A stretch of 64,000 nucleotides of DNA from Amphiscolops sp. MND2022. Lineage: Eukaryota. The position numbers and the translations under genes are program-made. Location of the stretch: NCBI GenBank assembly GCA_964187785.1, contig OZ076412.1, positions 65,906,001 through 65,970,000 on the forward strand, in the 5' to 3' direction. Under the pieces are notes generated by a model. The model did not search any database, was not told the DNA's origin, and saw only the letters and a program-made list of their open reading frames with translations. Position 1 is the first letter of the stretch, and each line of letters opens with the position of its first letter. This document shows positions 37,431 through 48,600 of the stretch, piece by piece.

Positions 37431-38155
37431 CTAGTTTTGCCTCTGTTGTTGTTGCTGCTGCTGACCTTGGGGCCTGTTTCCTCCGCCGGGGAACCGGACA
37501 GGCGGGGTTCGGATCTTCCTGTCTTCGCGACTTCTATTTCTCACCACTTTTGAGTGGATGGCGCACGACACACAGTAACATAACTTGAAATACAATTTGG
37601 GCAGAGCGTAACTCTGATACACAGAAGCATCGCTGATGTCTCGAATGGAAGCAGCTTCGACGATATTACGGATCACGAACCTCTTGATTGCCTAAAAGCA
37701 TAATTCTTCAATGATTTTTCTTCAAAAATTTTCGACTATACATAAATACGTACTGTCAAGAATTTGATGAAACGTTCAAGGGTTCTCCTAGAGCTATCTA
37801 AATGCGTATTTGTGCAATTGAAAAGCCATTATTGGTTATGTTCGTCAAGCTGTTGTCAAAAGGGCTTGAACCAGAGATTATGGTTACGAGAGCAACACAG
37901 TAACTAAAAGGGTATAAGCTCATTCAACTACGACCTTATATGGAAGCTGTATGTTATTGACAGCTCGGGTGACAAGACAAAATACCTTGGTTTACAAATG
38001 CTTCAAATATTGAAGACACATGAGAAAGAAAAAATAAAATATCTGTGGTTCACCTTATCTTTGGGCACACATCGAGCGCAGTTGGTACATCGCACAGGCT
38101 TGACCTTGCCTCGGCCGTGCTTGCTTCGTCCTCCGTTTCTTCGCTTGACAGTCAT
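37431..38155 (-). CDS. RPS26: 40S ribosomal protein eS26, 120 aa; exons 38054-38155 and 37431-37691
   Basis: [16 protein letters not shown]...[12 protein letters not shown]|[15 protein letters not shown]...[16 protein letters not shown]; phase-0 GT-AG intron. Confidence 0.97.
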
Positions 38156-39694
38156 GCTTACGATCTGAAGTCAACAACAAAATTGTTCAATTCAAAACAG
38201 ACCTGAGCAAAATATATTGAACATATGAGTTTTTAAAAAATAACTGGTCAAAAATCTTGAAATACGATATTCTTAAAAAGATATATTTCGAGTTAAATTC
38301 AGAAGATTCCGTTTCCATTCTCGTTAAAATTGAGAAGCAATAACAATCATCGTACGACTCCCAAAATATTGACGAATCAAAAACTAAAAAGCAGAGAGCT
38401 GAAAAAAAACGATCTGTCAACTGAAGATTGAATTGATCAAGACACTGTAAATTGAATAATTTATCGACTATTTTGTAAGAATTCCAGCGACAACGTTCAA
38501 TCGCAAATTGGAAATGAGAGTTGGGCCGGTAAAACAGACATTTGGCGACAGCATTTCTTTTTTCCAGTAATAATCTTCCAACTCGTCGTTTACTGCAGGG
38601 CGAAGTCGCAAAACGTTCAAAGCTGATGCATGTTCGCTGCCTCAGTGACCTTTATGTCCTTTACGTCATGAATCCAAATTCATTAGTTTTTCCCGAAAAT
38701 GAAACAAATTTGAAAAAAAAGCCTTGAAGAAAAACCAATCTCCAGATTTTAGTGGAAACTGGGAAACAAAAGAGCTAATTTAGTTATGGTTCAGTTAAAT
38801 ATTTAGAAAACCTTTTGAAAATTTGAACAAACTGAGACACTAGGCCTGAAACTACGACAAGAGCATATGGGAAAACTGGAAGCAAATCAAGATTCTAAAA
38901 CCGAATGCATCGCAAATCAGCAACAGATGCCCCAGCTCCAAAATTAGTCACGAAGCATCACAGGAAGGGAGGATAAATGAAATGTGTGAAAAAATAGCAC
39001 AAGGTTCGCTATTTTGCGCAACGCAGCGATGAACAGTCCGTCACAGAGAAAAAAGGTGAACTGGAATCGATTGTATTTCCACACACTTCAAAAATATTCC
39101 AAAACGCAAGTGTATTGATACAAAAAGCTGAAAAATACATGACAAATGACAGAGAAAAGTTTCCAAGCGTTTCAACTTGAGTCCTTACATTCTTGTACTT
39201 TCAACCCTTTCAACCTCAGCCTCAAAACTTTCATACTTTTTGTGGTGATCATCACTGGTTGAAAAGAATAAAATACACATCAAGGGTACACTGAGAGTGG
39301 TAATTCATACAAGCGTTCTGGCTAAAATAGTACAAGGACAACAGTTTGAGTCTGTCGTCGTCTGCTTTCACTGTCGTCAAGGAATGAACGGTAGTCGGAG
39401 GAGGCCAAATGGGGAAGGGGTAAAGGGCTGCAGATGAGGTCAAACTGAAGGGTAATTGGTATATGATACGATGAATTCTCATTAGTGATATTTATTTTAT
39501 ATATATAGCTTTTACATAAAAACAGGTAAACTTGAAAACAGATTCATATGTGTAATCAAGATGGATGTATTGTATTATTGTTCTATAAACTGACGACGCA
39601 ACATATTGGCTAGGGTCAGGTCAATCAGTCAGCTCAAGTCCATGATGTCACTAATCCCGCCTTCTTATCTTCCTTAGAACTGATGCTTCATCAT

Positions 39695-42600
39695 TCATCC
39701 TCCAAGAAGTCGATTCACAGCAGCGTTCACATCGCCCCCCGTCGCAACCAGCGCTGCAAATGAGTTGAAAGTACAATAGTGTAAGAAATGAACTGAACCT
39801 TTATTTGTAAAAAAAGAATTGGACCAAAACAAAACTAGCTCTGATTTCTGCTATCATCCAAGTTATTTAAAAATCAAACTTCTTAAGTTTTGTTGGACGC
39901 TTGAAATGTTGGACACTTTGTCTTTCCAGCCCCTTATATTTATGAGTGAAATACAGATTGAAAGAAATCGCCATGTAAAATCCAAGCTTTGTTTACATGC
40001 AGTCCAAATTATTTCTTACAAATAAGGGTTCACATTTCTTACACCATTGTACAGTACTGTGATTAAGAAAACGTCCCCCTATGCGATGAGCGTCGTTATC
40101 AACCAATCAAAATTGCTTATTGCTCCTAATTTCAATTTTGATTGGCGCATCAACTGAAATGCGAAAATTTTAAATTATCGGATTCTACAGATAGTCTACA
40201 ATACAATGATATGTTTTGTTTCAATTTTTTGTTTCAAAACCATTCTAAATGAAAAACTAATCTCATTTTTTCACCGCGAAACGTTAATTTGCTATCCTAA
40301 TACATGTAAATCGACGAAATATTACCTCGTGAGCATGATATTTCGAAAACGGCTGATCATTTTTGAAATCAAAATATATCCATAGATTCAATAGAAATGT
40401 GGACGTTAATTGGACAAAACACTTGCCAAAAATCTTTGGATAAAACAGTCAAAAATTGGGAAAACGGCAAAAGTCCAAATTTAGCTCAAAATCAGCTATT
40501 TGTAACTTTCTATACTTTAGTCCGAGAAAATTTTAGAGTTATACAGAGAGGCGAAGCGGTGCTTCGCAACACATGACGAAGACATCGGTTATTTTAATAT
40601 GCGCATATATTATTTTAATCGCATGCGTATATATTCAACAGTTCAACTTTCTTCAATAACGTCCCTATGGCACAGTGGTCAACACTTATGCCGTGCAATC
40701 GGGAGGCTGCAGGTTCGAATCTCTCTGGGGTTTTGGCTTTTATCTAAAAGGCGCTCATTATGAAGTTGGCTATTGTGGAAAAAAAACTTAGTTAGCTGGA
40801 CTGCAATGCACATTGACTTCGTCATGTGCAATAAAGTAGATGAAATTATAAACTTTAATCTCTGATGCTTCTCAAAATTCTCGACCGATTTTGAGAAAAT
40901 CGAGCCTAAAATCGCCGAGGGACGTTTTTTTCAATCACAGTACTGCATGCTTACGAAATTAGCAAAGCTTCTAGCTGTATGCATTATATTAAATTATTAT
41001 TATATTAATAATTATATTAAAATCGTTTTGCGGGCATGTTTATAGCACCGGTTCTGAGACATGTTTATCAAATTTTGTTGTTAAGAGTTCAGACAGCTGT
41101 TTCTCGATGGTTAAGTGGCGCCTTAGGTTGGTGTTTATTTTCAGCTGTTATTTTCGTTTCTAAAGACAGGACTCACTTCAGTGAATTCCATGTTTTTCCA
41201 AATCGAATTTTTCAGTAAGATTCATCGTCCACAGTTGGAATTTCCTTGCGAAACCACTCAGCTAGCCGAAACTATGTAGTCGTTTCAACGACAAAACTTT
41301 AGATTTTCGACTTCAAAGTATTTGAAGCCGGTTTTCAGTTTCTTTTGCAACTCACAATGGCAAAAAATTTACTTTCAAATTGACTTTGGTTGGAAATTGC
41401 ACTTTGGCAGCGGTAAAAACGGAACTCTATATTATTGATCGACACTCAATTTTGGAAAAAGAATTCCCTCAACGCAAAGAAGGTGTTCATTCGGCATCTC
41501 AATGATTGTATAAAGGTTACTGTTTTGATAATTGAAAAACTTACACATAGGTGAAAATTTTCTTTTCGGAAGTACTAATGTAATAATAAATGCCTGGAAG
41601 AGTCGTGCACGTTTTCAAATAGTGGCCATTGAAAAAACCAATTGCTACTGGCCAAAAATTTAGTCCTTAATAGCTTTTGAGGCCCAGTGGAGCATCTGTC
41701 TCTTTAAAGAAAATCTATTATAAATGATGAAACAATTTAATACATACTATGGTTCAGTCAAAATGTTCTGAACATTTTGACTGAACCGAGTCGAAGATAT
41801 TCCATGCTTCAGCTGACCTTGAATGTTGGCTTCTCTGTTGATAAAACCCATTGCTTGTAGCTGCTCCAGCTGTAATCTGTATCTGTCCTCAGGCGGCTAA
41901 AACCAAATTCAGGAATTTTAGAAAAAATCGTACCAAGATGATCCGCAATACCAATGTTTTGTCGTGTACCACCATATTCATGAACTCTGTTTTCGTGTAT
42001 TGCAAACTAATGTGAGGCTAACCGTTTGGTTCTGAGCAGCGAGAGCTTGAGCAAACTGTTGGGCGAAGGAAGAGTATACGTCATTCTGGGTGGCGGTGGG
42101 GGGAGCACGAGGAGGAGCGGTGCCGCCTGCACTGCCGTCGTTGGTGGATGGGTCTGCAGTGGATGTATTGTTGGTGTTACCAGCAGCAGCAGCTGTAGAG
42201 GAATCGTTGCTGTTTACTGAACTAGTGTTGTTAGCACCTGCAGCAGTCGCAGACCCCATCATTCCAGGACTGAAACACCACAACACATCAAGTCAGAATT
42301 TCCGAAACTTTTTTAATGAGCGCTTAAAGGAAATATAAAACCTGACATCATAGGTTGTTCAGTATGGTCTTCTAATTTATGGTGGCACTGCGTATTCTAG
42401 TTTCAACGATAATTCGAGAGACCAAAAACGTATTGTACGCTCTATTTGTTTCCTTCCTAAATCAGCTACTGTCACTGAATACATAATGGAAAACGAACTA
42501 CCCACAATATGCGAGCTTCATGCTTTTCAAGTTTGTTTTGTACTGTATTCGTGAAGAACATCAGGATTCGCTGAATAGAATGTTAATCGCGCCGAATATC

Positions 42601-45600
42601 CACTACCTTTTACGCTCTGTAGATCGACTAGTCTTCTGTTCCTTTCGGGAACACGAAGTTCAGCCATTCTTAAGCGAAACGTGTACCAGAACGGTACATT
42701 AAATTGATGAAAACTGGTGTTTTACACGATCAGATGAAACAATATCGTCATATTTTCGAAACTTTCATTATAGGCAATCGCGAACTCATTAACTTCGTGT
42801 TTGGGATCTAAAAATGACTAGTTCTCATCAGTTATATTACAATTCGTTTTGTTCAGTATGGACGATGGAAGGGAAATTTTAGTTCTCTCCATCACCCTGC
42901 AAAACGACATTGCTTCCACACCTGATGCAATTTATCCCGCATTAGTGTTCCTTTGAGCTCTGTTCTATGGTCCTCGTGATCATTGTGCGCTCTTGGGCCA
43001 GTAAAGTCGGGCATCAGGTGTGCGCAAGCGGCTTGAACTTCGAGATATTCAATGAACACGAGTTCCGATTTTTTCACGATTTGCGATTTTGTTTTCCCTC
43101 CCTTTCTCGTATTTCACATTGTTGAGGTTGCTTTTGTATGAAAATAAATATGAAGATAACGTTACACCACGTCATTTCAAGTGGACTCGTGTACTACTTT
43201 TCTAATACGAAAATTCACATTATCAGCAAAAATTTTTACAGTCCACGTGAAAATTCTTATTTCGGTTTCTTTCCCTTAACCTACTCAAAAGTGTTTGCTT
43301 GCCACAAACTACGTTGGTACTAGATGATGTTTGAGTTATAGGAACAACGGCTGTCTTATTGAATTTAGCCCCGTTGTTTTCAGGAAATGACTTTTCTTTC
43401 GTGACCTTACTGTTTCAGGAAAATAGGAATAGGAATTTTAAAAATTTCAAAAAATCTTTCAGACACTAGTCATTTTCTATTTGATTGTTTTGAGACTTCC
43501 ATTAAATGCGCTTTTGCCGCTGTAAGTCCCTTCTGCTGAATTTGTTTGCTTTAAGTAGTTCGTTGTTTTGTTTGTAACATTCAACAGATAAATTTCATTA
43601 TTATTATCAGGGAAAACCTGATATCACTTTGGAAGTTGTCTTTTAATCCCCTCATAGTGGCCAAAATGAAGCATGCCGTACAAACGTCTTCCTTTATGCC
43701 TAGGATGTAAGAGCGTGTAAATCGCCTGCTTGTATTTTCAGGAATTTGATCAGGAAGGCCTTTTTCGAGCCCAAAAGGTTCCCCTTAAGATAAATTTCGG
43801 CACAGATTCTTAACACCAATTAACCTACCGATGCCTTAAAGTAGCTTACTTTGAATGCAACTTCTGAACAGTTGTGCCAGTAGCTCATATTTTAGCACAA
43901 TTTTTATTTCACATTCTGCTGGTACCTTGTTTGGTTTAAACGGCTGAAGTTGTTATAAAAATGGATTTTTTGTTGGCGTTGTGAAAGTTTAGTTTTCTTA
44001 AAAGAAAAATGGTTACATTTTCCCAAAACTCCTTATTTTAGCAAACGCCATTTTTTCGACACCCTTTGCGCATGAAAAACTGCCACCCCATTGCCCTTAT
44101 ACAGCAATGCCTTATGCAACAAAACCAAATACGCTGTGGTTACTACAAGCCCCCACGAAGTACGGAATGGTCACAAAGCGGTGTTACCGAAAACAAAAAT
44201 TCTGAATAGGGCGCGCGGCATCAGGGGACTAGACTATTAAACCATTTCTCTGGTATATGCGTAGTTAAGGAGATATCGACCATTTCAAGTTTCAAATCAA
44301 ACTTCTCGAAATTTTGCAAAAGCGCACATATCCACTGGGATTAAAGATATCCTGAAAGAAGCTTGAGCATATTCATTAAGTGAATTTGCTCATACGAAGA
44401 TCTCAGCGAGGCACCAACTTATGCAATCCCCAGCTTGTTATAACTAAGTTCCGATCTCCACTGGACAAAACTAACGATTGAGCCTTCAATTTTTACACCC
44501 GGTTCCAATTTTTCCCTTTCCTTGTGATGCGACTCAAATGTATAGGACACAAGTGAAGTGCCACTCATTGAAGGATAGGGCACTCACTTTGGGAAAAGAT
44601 GCGGTGCTCTGGCCGACAACCTCTGCACTGTCTGTTGTAATCTCATCAGGTCTTCCAAAGCTTCTGGGTCTGACATCAAATTCATGAATTCTGGGTTTTG
44701 CATCTAAAGAAACAAAAGCAACATTTAAGGTCATGAACTAGAGCAGAGATTTTATACTTCTAAACTATCATGCCCTCGTTACAGCGTATTCGGTGGTATT
44801 GATCGAGGTCAAGTTCGTCTTTTTCGGAAACGCGATCATCTGTTGATCAATGGCGCCGAAAGCAATGAAATGTGCAATTGCCATATTGTTCACCAATGAT
44901 TAAATTCTATCAAGGTATAATTACCACCCACCTGAGTAGTTAAAGCAGGTAGAGCTGCTCTCATTTGAGGGTTATCTCTGAACATGGGATTGGTGTTGAG
45001 AATCTGTTGAAACAACTCGGGGTTCGAAGCCATCTGTTGCATCATGTGCTGAGTCATGGGAGAGTTCAGCATCTGTCGCATCATGTCCGGATTCGACTGA
45101 AGCTGCTGCGATAAACTCTGCATGCCGGGAGAACTCGTGAAGTCAGGTCCACCGAGAAAACTTCCCAAACCACCAGTCCTAACACCAAATAAAAAGTATT
45201 GACAAAAGGGAAATAGCTTCCAAAAAAACTTCGTATTAAAGCAAGGGGTTTCGCTTTCTGCTGTTATGGAACTGTCAGTATAATGGGATTCGGATTGAGT
45301 GTAGTTTGTACATAAGACTGGTTTTTACCTGGCTGAACTTGAATCAGTGTTGGTTGTAGCACCAGTACCCCCTGTGGAGTTGGCACCACCGGCACTACCC
45401 CCTCTGGAACCAACAACTCCGGCTGCTGGGTTCCAGGGGTTGGGTAAGGGGTCATTGTTTTCACGTCCTTGCTGCTGTTGTATAGAATTGGAATGAGAAG
45501 CGTTGTTTGCCAAAGCAGCAAAGGGATTTCCACCTCCAAACTGCTCTTGCGCTGCGTTCAACATGGGCTCCTGTATGGGAACAATGAGTAACTTTGTCAT

Positions 45601-48600
45601 CTGATCAAACTTTCATTGTTTGTACCATTTGGTCAAAAAGATTCTCCAGCTCAAATAAAAAATAACTTGAGCTGTTTCTTTTTAGTCGGCGCGATTTCCT
45701 TTTAAGATACGGCGCGACTATAACAGTGACCTTTTTTTCAGACTACAATCCTCACATTGATCGGTCCACTTTTTAGAAACAATCCTGAAACCACATAAGG
45801 CAAAGGCAAACTTAGTCCAAATGGTCCCCTTTCATTTTTTACTTTCTCAAGGAAACCTACAAAGCCGGACGTGCCTAAAGGGTCCGCTTTGGATTTTTTT
45901 CGCAAATTTTTTACCGTCCCCTACGAGTTTTTTGATATTTTGCAACAGAATGTATGTTAATAAATCCCAAAGGATCCCCCTTTTACATTTTTCGGCATTA
46001 TGCGACATTTTTCGAAAGAAAAAACTCAAAAATTTCAAGTTTTTTTCCAAAAAAACTTGCGCTTTTTGAGTCTTAGATATAGCGCCGACTTTAGACGTTC
46101 TCGTCTTGTTCTCTTCAGACCACAGACATCACACTGATCGGCCCACTTTTTACAGAAACTACTAAAACTACTCAGGCCAATGCAAACTTAATGCAAAGGG
46201 TCCCCCTTTCATTTTTTACTTTTTTAAGGTAACCTACAAAACCGGACGAGACTAAAGGGTAAAAAGATTTTTTTTCGGCACTGAACAACTTTTTCCGATT
46301 TTTTTAATGTCTCAAAAGGGTCCCCCTTCGAGTTTTTTGATATTTTGCAACAGAATGTAATTAATAATTTGAATTTATCTGCTATTAAATGACAAGAAAC
46401 ACAAAGCTAATACAAATCATATGTCATCAAATAACAGAACAGACTTCCAAAGGCATATGCCCGATTAACGGAAGCCTGATAACAGTAATTCATAACATCA
46501 AAACAGAAATATGAGGAATGTCAAATTTTTTAAAGATTTTTTTGAATTAAAAAGAAGTAGGTAAGGAACCGTTTGATATTTTGCATTCAGAGGTATTTCT
46601 TTAACAAGGGGGATACAGATGCCGTGTGTGGTGAACCTGGTGTCTACTGGGAACTCCCACAGAGAACCATGCAACCCAAGCGTGAAGAGTGCATACAGTA
46701 CCTGCTTCGCGTATGGTTCATAACAAGGGAGAATCCAGCAGACACCGCATAGTGCAGGCCGGGTTAGACCCGTCTTACCCAATGCGATGACTACTTTCAG
46801 GTATAGCATTGTATTGCTTCGTTTAAAGTCAATTTTTTCACCGAACACAAAATCAACAAGATCTCTTACAAAGGATGAAGTTTCTCAGAAAGTTATGACG
46901 GAAATGCTTTACCACTTCATCACTCATAGATCTTATCAAGGTTAGGTAACAGTCAGGTAACATGGAAACTTTTACCAGCTTGTTATAAAGTTCAGGTACA
47001 CGTTTGCATAATGAAAGATTGAGTTTTTTAGATTCCGAAGGGAACAAATACTTCCCTCCTAGTGACTGATCTAAGGCTAATACCAACATCACTAAATTGG
47101 AGGTAGCAGTCTTTTTCATCATGGACATGTTCAGATCTCACGCATCCTATTATAGTTTTTAGCAGCTCATATACATGCAATTCATAAACAGTTGGTAATT
47201 CATTCTCAACCATAAATTGATGGACACTGGCATATTTAGGAAGAAAACATCGATCTGACTATTCGTTTTTGGATCTTCAGAACGGGATCAAGATTCGAAT
47301 ATGACGTACATCCATATATAAGGACGCCGTATTGTACAATTGGGTTTACGTGTGTTTTATAATAGGACAACAATTGAGATCTTGTTAGGAAATTTCTCGC
47401 TCTCAGAACAGTGTAATTGCAAAACGACAATTTGTTTTTAACTCTAGCACAATGATCACTGAATGTCAACTTCTCATCGATAATAGTACCCAAATACTTG
47501 AGTTGCGGTTTGATCAGAATTTTATGGACTTCAAAATTCAATTCAGAGGGCACGTTATTACCAAATACTACTGCCTTAGATTTATCCACAGTACATTTAA
47601 GTTTATTCTCTTTCATCCATCAATCAATTTTCTCTATAGATCCATTCAATCTAGTAGGATCAAATGATGGAATTTTCTCTAATATAGTTGTGTCGTCAGC
47701 GAACAGGGTAAAATTTGAATCCGCACACAAAAGTAAATCGTTCACGTATGAGATAAAGAACAATGTCCCTAGAACAGACCCTTGGGGAACACCAGACTCA
47801 GTGTCAAGTGTAGCTGACTTTTGTGTGCCGACTTGTACATATTGAGTTCGACTGCTGAGATAGGACTTGAGTAAATCCTTAATAGGTCCTCTGAAGCCAT
47901 TATTATCCAATTTATTAAGTAATATTGAATGATTTATTGTATCAAATGCTTTCTTGTGATCAAAGAATACGCAACACGAAGGTGTTTTTAGTCGGCGCAT
48001 TTTAGTAGAAAATGTGCCCGACTCTTACAGTGGGTAGTTTTTTTTAAACACAAAAGTTCCACTTTTCTTTCTGTGTCTTTTCTTTTTGTTCTTTGTTCAG
48101 TTCAATTCTTCAACAACTTGGCGAACCTAAGAAGCGCGTCTAAAACGAAAAAGAAAACAAAACAAACAGAACCTCGACAACACACTAACGATCTCCCCTA
48201 AGCCTCCCCCCTCACTTTTTTCGGCACTATGCGACTTTTTTTGAAACTTTTTGGATTGCACCAAAGGGTCCCCCCTTTATTTGTTTCGATATTTTAAAAC
48301 ACAATGGATGTCAGAAAATTCCAAAGGGTCCCCCCTTCTACATTTTTCGGCACTGTGACACTGTTCAAAAATCACATTTTAAAATTTTTTTGGGCAATTT
48401 TTTTCAGTCCTTAAAGGGTCCCCCCTTCAATTTTTTTCATATTTTGCAACCTGCTGGAGTTTCACAAAGCCCAAAGGGTCCCCCCTTTTACATTTTTCGA
48501 CAATGTGACACTGTTCAATTCATTTTTTTTTCATATTTTGCCACCAGCTGGAGTTTCACAAAACCCAAAGAGTCCCCCCTTTTACAATTTTGAGCCTTAG

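Noticed and set aside
37692-38053. Intronic snoRNA in RPS26 (and C-box-like motifs near 39250 and 31405)
   Set aside because: No properly spaced C/D pair or H/ACA architecture on the sense strand
42892-43077. 61-aa minus-strand ORF in ubiquilin intron 9 as an extra exon
   Set aside because: Exons 9 and 10 join in phase without it and the peptide is not ubiquilin-like
46498-46848. 116-aa minus-strand ORF in ubiquilin intron 6
   Set aside because: TTG start, no recognisable domain, lies between repeats; probably a non-coding repeat remnant
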